This document shows positions 48,846 to 58,358 of a DNA stretch of 64,000 bases, in pieces. The notes under the pieces are model-generated. The model had not been told where the DNA came from and did not search any database. It worked only from the letters and a program-made list of their open reading frames with translations. The stretch covers positions 124,001 to 188,000 of the IMG/VR virus record IMGVR_UViG_3300046167_000825; one strand, written 5' to 3'. Both the position numbers and the translations under genes were made by a program. Numbering within the stretch: the stretch's first letter is position 1; every line of letters starts with the position of its first letter.

Positions 48846-50066
48846 ATGAAGATTGATAGAAAAATGGAAATAGGTGGGAAGCCCTTCAAGATATATGATC
48901 AAGAGAATGATGGGGTCACTACTTTATGGAGTTCCAATGGACAGCGTAATTTTCCTCAGATGAGTCGTGAGAAAAAACTCATTGCAGAGGATATTTTTGG
49001 TCTTCTAACCTTCCGTTATACTTGGGGTGGTTTTGGGGATTTGACTCTCCGAGAGCAACTTGAGAATAAGTTCGATTCTTTTTGGTACAACGCTAAGGCG
49101 AATCGTTATTGGTTTCAGTTTTTGTTTCCTTTAATGGAAGGACAACCCCAGTTGAAGAATCTTGTTGCTGAAAAACTCCAGTTGGATTTCACGGGTGTTT
49201 CTCGTCTCAAGGTTCGGGATAGTGATTCCGAGTCCATTGCAAAGGCGATATGGGAAGCGAGAAAAATGCGAGATATCTATGAACCATTCAAGGATGCTTT
49301 CTTCTCTCAGAGAGGCACGGCTCTTCTGCCCGAACAAGAGGGTTCTTCTTTAGAGAAGGGAACTATCGTTATTGCCATGAAGTTGAACGAGGGTCAAGGA
49401 GCGAGTTTTGCTGGAGTTCGGGTCTTCAGTGATGACAGTCGTGGTTTGAAAAGTGCTATCCAGAAAGAAGCGACTAAGTTGTATCGTGGTTTCATTGCAC
49501 CTCACACAAGTATCTTCGAGAACCGTATGAGAGATGAGTACATGAAGGGTGGATACACCGTTTATGACTCGGAAGGCTACAATGAATTGATGGCAGCCGA
49601 ACTAGAAGCAATGATACCAACTTTGTTCGGGGGTAATGTCTCCATCCGTTCAGCCAGTTCGGGGGATTCTTTAAGAAACAAAGTCATTCGTCTTGCTCAC
49701 AGTAATCCAGAACTCCGAAAGGATTTGTTACCTCTCTTGAAAGAAGCACGCTTACACGACAAGGCTCTCGCTCTCCGAATCCAAAACTCAAAGGCTGGTA
49801 AGGCGTACGGTCTTTACTTTGCCGCTGGGTTCAAGTCTAATCGTGCAGATAGCGATGGAGCGATCACTTACGAGTTTGAAACCAACATACAAAACGGCAA
49901 CTTCAAAGAGGTCATCTATATAGATGTGACCAAATGGGATAGCGGTGACGAGATGTACAGCGTTCAAGCCAAGTACGGTAAAGGAACTTGGGATCACAGA
50001 TCAGAGAAAGACCTCTTGAAAAACCTCCCTAGTATTCTAGCCAACCTCGAAAAACAACTCGGCTAA
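48846..50066 (+). CDS. Modular hypothetical protein with an internal VIRLAHSNPELRKDLLPLL tag
   Basis: GGAG SD; tag flanked by RSA and KEA. Confidence 0.7.
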   Translation: MKIDRKMEIGGKPFKIYDQENDGVTTLWSSNGQRNFPQMSREKKLIAEDIFGLLTFRYTWGGFGDLTLREQLENKFDSFWYNAKANRYWFQFLFPLMEGQPQLKNLVAEKLQLDFTGVSRLKVRDSDSESIAKAIWEARKMRDIYEPFKDAFFSQRGTALLPEQEGSSLEKGTIVIAMKLNEGQGASFAGVRVFSDDSRGLKSAIQKEATKLYRGFIAPHTSIFENRMRDEYMKGGYTVYDSEGYNELMAAELEAMIPTLFGGNVSIRSASSGDSLRNKVIRLAHSNPELRKDLLPLLKEARLHDKALALRIQNSKAGKAYGLYFAAGFKSNRADSDGAITYEFETNIQNGNFKEVIYIDVTKWDSGDEMYSVQAKYGKGTWDHRSEKDLLKNLPSILANLEKQLG

Positions 50067-50138
50067 GAGTATGTGATCCCGTAAGGGAACATTCTCGGTC
50101 TTCCGAACTAAATCAAGCCCAATTGTTCCTTAACGGGA

Positions 50139-50261
50139 TCATTGGGCTTTTTTGTTAAGCACAAACCCGAAGATGAATCCAGTGCAGAAGGACAATATGG
50201 AAGCGAGTCCTATGGTGGGATAAAGTTCAATCACACACATTGTGTATTCGATGGCGTTCAT
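50139..50261 (-). CDS. 40-aa single-TM protein (not in the ORF track)
   Basis: MNAIEYTMCVIELYPTIGLASILSFCTGFIFGFVLNKKAQ; AGGAG SD directly after the upstream stop. Confidence 0.5.
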   Translation of the reverse strand: MNAIEYTMCVIELYPTIGLASILSFCTGFIFGFVLNKKAQ

Positions 50262-50270
50262 AAGAAACTC

Positions 50271-51200
50271 CTAGTATTCGTAGGCGATTTCCACGAGGGC
50301 ATCACCGTTGGGGGTTACATCAAACACCACGACATTCCGAGAACTGTCATAGTGCCAATCACTTGATGGCTGACCATCAATAAAAACAAAGATTCCTTGC
50401 TCACCATAATAGGGGACATTTGTCAGTTCCCATTCACTATACGGTTGTATCTGTTGGAGAGCATCTTGGACAGAGGGTGTCCAATCATCACTACATATAT
50501 CAACCACAATGCCATTCAAAAGGTTTGTGGCTTCCATGTATCTATCCCCGATGTCGGGTTCACAATCGGTGGTGGATACCACGATAGATGCTAGAAAGAC
50601 AGTATTACGGATACCCGAATACCACTGAACGAAATCAGATGCTTGAGAGAACATATTCGTGGATTGGTCATCTTCGTCAGACACAAAAATAACGAGGAGG
50701 GAGGCTTCATGTCGCATCCAGTTCTGAGCATACGAACCCGTGTAATAAGAATAGAAAGCCTTGAAGCCTTCTTCCCTATGACCCCCCGTGTTTTGGAGCA
50801 TGGTTATGGCATCTATTTCTGTGTCCCCAAACAACAAGGGGAACTGCTGTTCATTTGCAGCATAATTACTATCGGCTGATATTATAGCAACTCGCCACAT
50901 AGCATCCCACGAGGCATTGAGATCCGTCAACATCGCTTGGAATCCCAATTCTAACTTGGTTTGATTATTGCTCATCGAACCCGAACGGTCAACCACCCAC
51001 ACAATATCGACACCCGAACTAGAACTAGGTTGGGTGAAACTATCCACCCAGATGTCATCTGCTGCTGTGTCCTCAACGGGAACTTCGACAATGACCTCAA
51101 CTGGATTGGAAGTGTCTTCAAGATATACATACTCAATGATCACTTTCTCGTAGCCCAACGAATAGTCGGAACACGCCCACAAAAACAAAAAACCCCACAC
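50271..51200 (-). CDS. vWA-domain lipoprotein
   Basis: LWA-C lipobox; VDIVWVVDRSGSM MIDAS; LLVIFVSDEDDQS; G.RY...DICS.DW. Confidence 0.75.
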   Translation of the reverse strand: MWGFLFLWACSDYSLGYEKVIIEYVYLEDTSNPVEVIVEVPVEDTAADDIWVDSFTQPSSSSGVDIVWVVDRSGSMSNNQTKLELGFQAMLTDLNASWDAMWRVAIISADSNYAANEQQFPLLFGDTEIDAITMLQNTGGHREEGFKAFYSYYTGSYAQNWMRHEASLLVIFVSDEDDQSTNMFSQASDFVQWYSGIRNTVFLASIVVSTTDCEPDIGDRYMEATNLLNGIVVDICSDDWTPSVQDALQQIQPYSEWELTNVPYYGEQGIFVFIDGQPSSDWHYDSSRNVVVFDVTPNGDALVEIAYEY

Positions 51201-51381
51201 GATTCCCCCATCACCTCCAAAGAGGTCAACTTGGTTAAAAAAATCGCATAGAGTTCAGATACAAAAAGACGAGGTTCGCCCATACTTATTTGTTTGTGGT
51301 ATGGATTGATTATTGAAGGTTGTCCCAGAATATCTTAAAAAAGTGTTCCCATTCTTGATCCTCAAGAATATCTTGCTGTCC

Positions 51382-51699
51382 TCAGCCGAACTTATCGATC
51401 CCCGTTTTATCCATATGACGGGAAGCGACACGGAACTCAATGGGGGGTTCGTGTGAGGATAGCACCAACCATTCTTCGTAGAGGGATTCTTCCAAGAAGG
51501 CTTTCAGTTCTTCGGTGGCTGTATCCATCAAGGCTAGTTCGTCACCTTCGAGATACTCCCACACTTCATCTATATCGACAATGCCCGATGAGTAATCATT
51601 CTCTAGTGTTTCGGATGGGTCACGACCATTAGTCCAAACCAAGAGTGCCTTTGACACCTCTGCTTCCCACTTTATCCGATGTTCTTCTGGTATTGACAT
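51382..51699 (-). CDS. Acidic hypothetical protein ending in FRVASRHM
   Basis: AAGGAG SD. Confidence 0.6.
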   Translation of the reverse strand: MSIPEEHRIKWEAEVSKALLVWTNGRDPSETLENDYSSGIVDIDEVWEYLEGDELALMDTATEELKAFLEESLYEEWLVLSSHEPPIEFRVASRHMDKTGIDKFG

Positions 51700-51876
51700 A
51701 GAGACTCCTTTCTTCTTCGGTATCTTATTAAAGAACTATTGCACCAAAAAAATAGGGGGCTAGAACACCAGCCCCCTAGAAATCAACATCAAATCAACAT
51801 CATATACCATAAGGAATACTGATAAGATACATCATAATTCTGAAAATGGTTCAACAATAATTGAGGGAAAAACAAG

Positions 51877-52212
51877 ATGTCAGATACAACCCCACAAAAG
51901 AGTGTCGAAATAAATTGGGAAGCCTCTGTGAAAGTCTTAATCGAGATGGTGCAGCATGAAGATTCTTGGTTTTCTAAGCACCAACCCTTAACGAATGAAG
52001 ATTATCAACAACTGTTGGCACTGCCTTCTGGAGGAATGACTCAAGTTTCCCACACCTTGTTGATGGAGGCTATAAAGAGGGAGGTCTATCTTTCTTTCTA
52101 TGCCCTCAAATCAAAAGAGGACTTGGAGGGGAGGGTTTATCAAGTGATGTCCGAAATCTTGAAGAGAGAGATACCCCGTGTGGTTGAGAACCTCAAGTTA
52201 GAGGGGTTGTAA
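51877..52212 (+). CDS. Hypothetical protein
   Basis: GAGG SD; clean ORF. Confidence 0.55.
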   Translation: MSDTTPQKSVEINWEASVKVLIEMVQHEDSWFSKHQPLTNEDYQQLLALPSGGMTQVSHTLLMEAIKREVYLSFYALKSKEDLEGRVYQVMSEILKREIPRVVENLKLEGL

Positions 52213-52232
52213 GGCAACCCCTTTTTCGTATA
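52202..52232 (+). promoter_or_regulatory. Variant class-I promoter motif
   Basis: AGGGGTTG-N16-TCGTATA. Confidence 0.5.
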
Positions 52233-52261
52233 GAACACACACACAAATAAAGGAGAGCAAA

Positions 52262-52447
52262 ATGTTCTACAAAATCAATGACTGGAAAAACTTTTTATTG
52301 GATTATCTCTCAGATAGACGGAAAAAGTTGAACACCGAATCGAAGCAGTTTACAAATATCGAAGAAGCCTACCGTGCTGGTTTTCTACGAGGGTTCTGGG
52401 AAGGGGCTGGTGAATCTTTCGGACACACTGAAAAGAGAGTGACCTAA
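52262..52447 (+). CDS. Small hypothetical protein
   Basis: AAGGAG SD. Confidence 0.55.
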   Translation: MFYKINDWKNFLLDYLSDRRKKLNTESKQFTNIEEAYRAGFLRGFWEGAGESFGHTEKRVT

Positions 52448-52695
52448 TGGCTCGTAAAACTGAGTGCCTAACACCAAACTGCCAATTCCACATAGGAATA
52501 AACTCAAAAGGGATCTCTGTGCAAGTAGATTTCCCAAAGCCAATTCACTTTTCAAGAAAAGAAGCAAAGTTAATTGAGGACTTATTACACAATAGTGTAG
52601 AAACTGTCTTGCGACCTTATTTCAAACAACAAAGGAAATCAAAAAGGTCACTTATCACACAATGGATTTTTAAGTTGGTGGCAAATGGCTCGTAA
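52447..52695 (+). CDS. Small hypothetical protein
   Basis: TAATG coupling. Confidence 0.55.
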   Translation: MARKTECLTPNCQFHIGINSKGISVQVDFPKPIHFSRKEAKLIEDLLHNSVETVLRPYFKQQRKSKRSLITQWIFKLVANGS

Positions 52696-53257
52696 AGTCT
52701 GGAAACGAAAGAAAGGTGCTGACCTCAATGAAAAACTCAGTGATGAACATCAAATCACAAACAAACAGTTTGAATGTTATTTCCGTGACTTGGAAACACA
52801 CCTCATTGAGTTCATAGAAGCCTCTGAGAGCGTTGTCTGTTGCGTGGCTTGGCTTACCTCACAGAAAGTCATCAAAGCCCTTCTTGAGAAACCTAGTGTT
52901 CTTATATTACGGAATGAGAGTTGGCTCAATAAGAAGGGGGGTCTCGCCAAGAAAACCCGTGAGATGTATGGGAAAATGAGAGCCAGTAAAAAAACCTTCC
53001 CAGTTATGGGTGAAACCATAGAAGAAGATATACTGGTTTGTGGGATGATATCCCACCCACAGAACATGCACCACAAGTTCGTGATTCGTTTGGAGAAGGG
53101 GAAACCTATTGCCTTGTGGAATGGTTCTTTCAATCCCACCACGAATGGGAATCAATCCATAGAGAACGCAACGGTGATACACAATCCGACCGTAGCGAAA
53201 GCCTATGCCTCAGAGTTTCTGGCGGTACATGGTATCAGCAAACCCTTGAAGGTCTAG
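52685..53257 (+). CDS. Phospholipase D-like (HKD family) nuclease
   Basis: CVAWLT...MHHKFVI...W.GSFNPT.NG..S.ENA; the Asp of HxKxxxxD is not in register. Confidence 0.75.
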   Translation: MARKVWKRKKGADLNEKLSDEHQITNKQFECYFRDLETHLIEFIEASESVVCCVAWLTSQKVIKALLEKPSVLILRNESWLNKKGGLAKKTREMYGKMRASKKTFPVMGETIEEDILVCGMISHPQNMHHKFVIRLEKGKPIALWNGSFNPTTNGNQSIENATVIHNPTVAKAYASEFLAVHGISKPLKV

Positions 53258-53541
53258 GATTTCTTCAGAGGTGTTCCTACAGCCCCTTTGATACGCCCGT
53301 ACTTATCTTCTTTGGTTCTCCAGTCCTTCGCTAGTTCTTCATCGGTCTGTTGGATGGTCACCATCACCATAATGCCTTTACCCCCAACTCGGCAATACTC
53401 CCGACCACCGTCAATGTAACCCCCCTTGCGAGGTTCTTTGTTCTCCTCCCAACAGACGCAGCAAGCGAAGGCATGCCTAGTTCGACTGAAATAGGTCACA
53501 TCACATTCGGGGCAATATCTCCCTAGTACTTCTCTCTCCAT
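53254..53541 (-). CDS. Cys-rich hypothetical protein
   Basis: CPEC...SRTRH.F.CC.C...IDGGREY.R phage motif. Confidence 0.65.
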   Translation of the reverse strand: MEREVLGRYCPECDVTYFSRTRHAFACCVCWEENKEPRKGGYIDGGREYCRVGGKGIMVMVTIQQTDEELAKDWRTKEDKYGRIKGAVGTPLKKS

Positions 53542-53666
53542 TATTCACCTCTTGGGAGAGTGATATCGTGTATCCATTCTGCCCGTTGATTCATTCCGAG
53601 CAAATAGAAGATTTCCATTAAAGGATGCCCGATTATATTATGTATTGTATATCTAAATCTTCTCAT
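53541..53666 (-). CDS. 41-aa phage protein (not in the ORF track)
   Basis: MRRFRYTIHNIIGHPLMEIFYLLGMNQRAEWIHDITLPRGE; translationally coupled on both sides. Confidence 0.55.
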   Translation of the reverse strand: MRRFRYTIHNIIGHPLMEIFYLLGMNQRAEWIHDITLPRGE

Positions 53667-53824
53667 TTTTTCTTTCCCTTCTGAGATACACGGAACTTTT
53701 CATAGAGTTCGACTCCCATTGCTTTTCTGAGATGAGATTCAAAATCTTCTCCTTTCGGCTGAGGGGCTTGGTATTTCTTCTTTGGTTTTTCTTCCAACCA
53801 CGAACTACCTCTTTCTATCTTCAT
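53663..53824 (-). CDS. 53-aa basic protein (not in the ORF track)
   Basis: AAGGAG SD; ATGA overlap with the next gene. Confidence 0.5.
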   Translation of the reverse strand: MKIERGSSWLEEKPKKKYQAPQPKGEDFESHLRKAMGVELYEKFRVSQKGKKK

Positions 53825-53907
53825 GGGTCTTCTCCTTTTGAACCAATATACCCCTTCAATAATCTTTCAATAGATTCGTATCAATGATAAACCTATAAGA
53901 GAATTAT

Positions 53908-56034
53908 ATGAAAACTTTTGAGTTATATGGTGATGTGTATCCAGAGGACAGCAAGTACTCTCGTTTGATGGCTCAGTACATAATGACACCGAACTACGAT
54001 TCCGACTCAAAAAAAGAGTGGGAACTGTATAGGGATTTCGCAGTCAAAAAACGAATGGGCGACAACGAGATGAAAGCGTTCTTGGTCGCCAAAGATTCTA
54101 GCCATCACAATATGATTCTCGGAAGACCTCCTAGAGATTCTCGTGACTTAGAACAAGTGTATTCTCGCCAGTTCGGAAAGAGTGCTTCTTCACGGGAAGA
54201 CGAAAAGGAACTGACGGAAATCTTTCGTTTGTTGCAGAGAAGGTTCGGTCAAGCGAGGCGTTGGCATGAGTCTGGTTTTGAGGATCAGTATTTCCACATT
54301 GACAACGGCATAATGTTCTTCGCATATACCACGGGGCTTCGTGGTGAAGATGCCGACAACTCTGATTTGGAAGGTGGAATCCGTAGAGATAACAAAGACG
54401 ATGTCCAACAGTTCTTGGAGAGAAAAGGGTACGAGTTTATCCTAGAATGTGCCAACGCATATTGCGACACTTTAATGTTGACCTTGAAAGGGAAAGAGTG
54501 GATGAAGAACAATCGACCACGATACGCCAAACAAGCAGAGGATGAGTGTTCGGGGATGACCAACACAATGGATTATGTTCATTGCCGAGCAAAGAAGATG
54601 GAAAAAGAAAATGGCACATCAGCCGACAAAGCGTTTCCGACAGCGTGGTCTATTGCTTGTAAATACAAGCGTGACCAGTTGAGCGATGCCGATGAACATT
54701 GTCAGAAAAAACCTAATGAATATTTCAAATCTAAAAAAGCAAATGGAGAACCCATGAAAAAGAAAGCGGCTAGAGTGCCTCAAATCCTAATTGAAACGAT
54801 AATGCCAGCCTTGTACCAATGGAGGGTTGACAAACTTTCTCGTGATCTTCGTAGTGATCTCAAAGAACTCGCCATAGGTGACATGATGGAAGAACTTGTT
54901 GTGAAAGATCACTATGATGAGTTGTTTGCACTCAAAGATAACTCAGAGGCTATGGCTTGGATTGGAGTAGATTCTAAGACCTACAAGAAAGCCATCATGC
55001 AAACTTTGATTGCTGCTCGTCAGATGAAGTTGGGTTCTTCCGAACTAGAACTTATGGCTGGACACACCCCAGAGTCCTTCAAGAAAATGATGAAAGACAA
55101 TCCCGAACTAGCCGAAGAATGGGAGAAGCAAATCAAAGAGAACGAAGGTGTTGTCGAGAAGAAATCTTCTGAAGCAGATATCGTTGCCAATTTGGTTGAG
55201 AAATGGGCTGGTTGTGAGAAACTCCCTAACGAGAAGATGCAGCAAATGTGCGAGGATAAGAAAGAAGAATCCAAGAAGGAAGACAAAGAGGATGGGGAAG
55301 ACAAGAAAGACAAGAAAGCCCATGACAAAACAGCCCGTCTGATGAAGCGACAGATCAAGATTCTTGAGACCTATCTTCGCACCCAAACTTCTATCCCTAT
55401 GTTTTTTGAGGCTCTTCCTCCGAAAATCCAACAAGCATTACAGCGAGTCAAGTACCAAGAAACTCTTGAGATGGATGTTGAGAGATGGTTGTCTGATTAC
55501 CGATTGGAGCAACAAATAAATCAAAACCGTTGGGCATCTAATGGCTCTACGAAGGAGAACCCCATGAACAAAGAAGCAAAAACTGCTTTGAGAACCCTTA
55601 CTGCTAGTTGGGGACTCACAGCCGATGAAACCTACGAGATGTTAGCCGAAGACGAACTAGGGGAGTACCTTGCCGAAATGGAAGCCGAAATGTGGGCTGA
55701 AGAAATGGAAGCGGGTGCATCAAAGAACCCAGCGAACGCTGGTTTCAAAAAGTATCAAATACAGAAGAAGCCCTCTGAGCCTTATTACCGAGAGAAATGG
55801 TGGAAGCCCAACACTTCTAACGAAGACAAAGGTGGGAACGGTGCTGGTGGTACTGCCAACTTCAATCGCAACTACCACGAGTATGGTGAGAAGGCTAATG
55901 TGAGCGAGAAGGAGTACCAAAAGTCCTATTACCAAAAACGCTTTGTGGAAAACAAGCCCATCAAGCGTAAGACTTGCCCTAAGTTTCATGGGAGAAAGGG
56001 GCCTTGTGATGAATCCGTAAGTAAGGCAAAGTAA
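53908..56034 (+). CDS. Modular polyprotein-like hypothetical protein (putative head-internal protein)
   Basis: Many K/R-x-A-delimited segments; two internal SD+ATG starts. Confidence 0.7.
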   Translation: MKTFELYGDVYPEDSKYSRLMAQYIMTPNYDSDSKKEWELYRDFAVKKRMGDNEMKAFLVAKDSSHHNMILGRPPRDSRDLEQVYSRQFGKSASSREDEKELTEIFRLLQRRFGQARRWHESGFEDQYFHIDNGIMFFAYTTGLRGEDADNSDLEGGIRRDNKDDVQQFLERKGYEFILECANAYCDTLMLTLKGKEWMKNNRPRYAKQAEDECSGMTNTMDYVHCRAKKMEKENGTSADKAFPTAWSIACKYKRDQLSDADEHCQKKPNEYFKSKKANGEPMKKKAARVPQILIETIMPALYQWRVDKLSRDLRSDLKELAIGDMMEELVVKDHYDELFALKDNSEAMAWIGVDSKTYKKAIMQTLIAARQMKLGSSELELMAGHTPESFKKMMKDNPELAEEWEKQIKENEGVVEKKSSEADIVANLVEKWAGCEKLPNEKMQQMCEDKKEESKKEDKEDGEDKKDKKAHDKTARLMKRQIKILETYLRTQTSIPMFFEALPPKIQQALQRVKYQETLEMDVERWLSDYRLEQQINQNRWASNGSTKENPMNKEAKTALRTLTASWGLTADETYEMLAEDELGEYLAEMEAEMWAEEMEAGASKNPANAGFKKYQIQKKPSEPYYREKWWKPNTSNEDKGGNGAGGTANFNRNYHEYGEKANVSEKEYQKSYYQKRFVENKPIKRKTCPKFHGRKGPCDESVSKAK

Positions 56035-56669
56035 TGAAGCGAGTTCGTCTTACACAAGTATGGCAAAAAGATATCACTGCTAGTTCGGGTCTTTATGGCT
56101 CGACTAAAGCAGTCGATAACTCTGTGCAAGCCAGTATCCGAAAGATACAACGCAAAGCCTCGAAGGTGGCTAAGGCTCTTTATAAGAGAGACCCCAAGTC
56201 ATCTGAGTTCCTTGCTATGCACGCCAAGAAAAGCAAATCGGCTTCTGCTCAGATTCTTGTTAATGCCATCAAGGAACTTGCTCCCAAGTTCGCAACCGAG
56301 ATGAACAAACAAGCCTCTTGGGGGATGTACGGATATCCTAAAAAGACAGTCACTCGTTCGTTGGGTGCTTGTGCTGAGATGAAGGATTTCGCTGGCTCTG
56401 TGGCTAGTGACCTCCATCGTAGGAAGCATGACAAGTATGATGCTTTGTTGTCCTACTTGAAATCCCATAAGAAGGAAACGAAGTGTCCTTGTACTTCAGC
56501 CCTTCTGAACTATTACCCTTCAAAAGAAATGCGTTTCGCTTCTGAAGAAGAACCCACTCTCCGTGAGTCTTTGATTCGATTGGCAAATGAAAAACCCCAT
56601 CTCCGAACTCATCTGAGTTCATTGATAGGGGAAGCACCGAACTGGCTTTATTGGTCAGACTGGGATTAA
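56034..56669 (+). CDS. Two-repeat helical protein with a C-terminal LIRLANEKPHLR tag
   Basis: Repeats start with GLYG and GMYG; TAATG coupling. Confidence 0.7.
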   Translation: MKRVRLTQVWQKDITASSGLYGSTKAVDNSVQASIRKIQRKASKVAKALYKRDPKSSEFLAMHAKKSKSASAQILVNAIKELAPKFATEMNKQASWGMYGYPKKTVTRSLGACAEMKDFAGSVASDLHRRKHDKYDALLSYLKSHKKETKCPCTSALLNYYPSKEMRFASEEEPTLRESLIRLANEKPHLRTHLSSLIGEAPNWLYWSDWD

Positions 56670-57112
56670 GTTCTCTTCCGTATGGGTTGCTTGACCAAAC
56701 GAACGGTTGCTTTTTTTTGTCGTTGTTCGACATTATTAAAGAGTGCCGTTTTTTGGCGTTCGGGTAGCCCCACAAGGGTTTCCTCAAACTTGGGTGTCGT
56801 CTGCAACTTGGCGTAGAACAATACATTGAACATTGAGCCGAGTTCTCGCTGGAGTGCTAGAAGGTCAGCATCTGATTTCAGAACCCAATTGGACTTGGAC
56901 TCAATCACATGGAAGTGTGCTGTGTCCGACACGGGCACTCGGCTCTCCTCATAGCCTCGTAGTTCGTCTTTGTATGTGTCGAGTATGGTCTTGATGCTAG
57001 ACTGGGCTTCCCACAAAGTATAGGCTATTTCCGAGCGTTCTCTGGTGGGTGTGTCATCCCATTGTTCTTGTATGGTGTTTATTAGTTGTTTGAGTATTCT
57101 GAGTTCTTGCAT
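56666..57112 (-). CDS. Hypothetical protein
   Basis: AAGGA SD. Confidence 0.6.
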   Translation of the reverse strand: MQELRILKQLINTIQEQWDDTPTRERSEIAYTLWEAQSSIKTILDTYKDELRGYEESRVPVSDTAHFHVIESKSNWVLKSDADLLALQRELGSMFNVLFYAKLQTTPKFEETLVGLPERQKTALFNNVEQRQKKATVRLVKQPIRKRT

Positions 57113-57195
57113 AGTCTGTTCCTTTGAGATTAAAGAATCTAGTTAAGTGTTTGAAGAACACCCCCTCAAAGTGAGGGGGGCTTACGGCTCTCGGC

Positions 57196-58089
57196 TTAGG
57201 AGAGGAGGTGGTACGGGATGCTCTCTCGGAAAACACGAGGTGTCGTTGGGAGGTCAGCGAAAACCCGACCAATATTCGTAATGTCACCGTTGCGATCAAT
57301 TATTTTCTTCCCTTGCATCAAGAGCATAAGTTGTGGGTCGGCATTGGGAACACGACCACCACCAATTAAAATCTTGAGGATTCCAAGACAGTCACGGTGA
57401 ATACTCGCCCAGTGGTCGATAGCAAGCCGAGCAACAACCATTTTCTCACGAGCGTTCCCCCGATTGATACCGAGTTCTTGGGCTAACTCCGTACTCGTCC
57501 AGCCGAATATTTCGGCTACGACAGCCTCTTTAGCATAAGGGATGGGCTTACCCCGTTTTTTGAAGAGGGCAGTCATCTCACCCATCAGTTCAAAGAGGGC
57601 TTCATGTTCCACTGGGTCAATCTCATCGGCTCTCTCTTCTATAGAAGAAGGGGTGGCTACTACAATAGTGGTAGCCTCTTCAACACCGACTGAACCCTCG
57701 TAGGCTTCACTGAGTGCCGAAGGTGGGGTTGCGTAGAACTTGACCATCTGACGGTCATCATCATTGGTGACTGCCCATTGCTGTGCTACATCCACATTGT
57801 GACGGATGTTCTTGTCAAGGCTGTCCAACATCGCATTAAATGCGAAGAGTGCAAGACGAGAGGCTGTGATTTCCTTGCCTTTGATTTCAACCACATCTCC
57901 GTTTTCATCTGTCGTTAAACGACACGCTAGTCTATCGGAGGAGGCAGCAACAAGATAGTAATCGTGAAGGATATCCGCTAGGTCTATCTTCCGAAAGTTG
58001 TGCTTCACTTTGACTTGAAGCCAATCGAGCGTGGATTTGTAGAGGGAGGAAAAGTTGGCTTGTAGCCATGTAGTAGACAAATTAGTCAT
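57196..58089 (-). CDS. Divergent sigma-like/HTH transcription factor
   Basis: DLADILHD...FAFNAMLDSL (region-2-like); GWTSTELAQELGINRGNAREKM..AR (region-4-like HTH). Confidence 0.5.
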   Translation of the reverse strand: MTNLSTTWLQANFSSLYKSTLDWLQVKVKHNFRKIDLADILHDYYLVAASSDRLACRLTTDENGDVVEIKGKEITASRLALFAFNAMLDSLDKNIRHNVDVAQQWAVTNDDDRQMVKFYATPPSALSEAYEGSVGVEEATTIVVATPSSIEERADEIDPVEHEALFELMGEMTALFKKRGKPIPYAKEAVVAEIFGWTSTELAQELGINRGNAREKMVVARLAIDHWASIHRDCLGILKILIGGGRVPNADPQLMLLMQGKKIIDRNGDITNIGRVFADLPTTPRVFRESIPYHLLS

Positions 58090-58228
58090 AGGGCGAGTAC
58101 CTTATTTTATGGGTTAGGGGTGACCGTAGTCAGAGAGATAAACGAGTACATTATCCAAAAGAGGACAATGATTTTTAATAATTCACACAAAGCGTAGTTG
58201 TGCTACTAGACTTAGTATAGCATATTTA

Positions 58229-58259
58229 CATACGGGTCACAAGCAAAAACGCAACCGCA
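58229..58259 (-). promoter_or_regulatory. Class-I phage promoter motif
   Basis: TGCGGTTG-N16-CCGTATG. Confidence 0.75.
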
Positions 58260-58358
58260 GAGCGTTATGGACAGATTTTGACCTCTCTCGAGAAAAGATT
58301 TGAACTCAATAATTCGTTTATCTTTGGTAGATTATGAAAAGCCTTATTGGAGATAACA

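Noticed and set aside
50074-50141. SECIS-type UGA readthrough after the 40-aa TM gene
   Set aside because: An in-frame TAA follows two codons later
53700-53725. tRNA T-arm-like GTTCGACTCC
   Set aside because: It lies inside a small minus-strand CDS and no cloverleaf forms; no tRNA was recognised in the window
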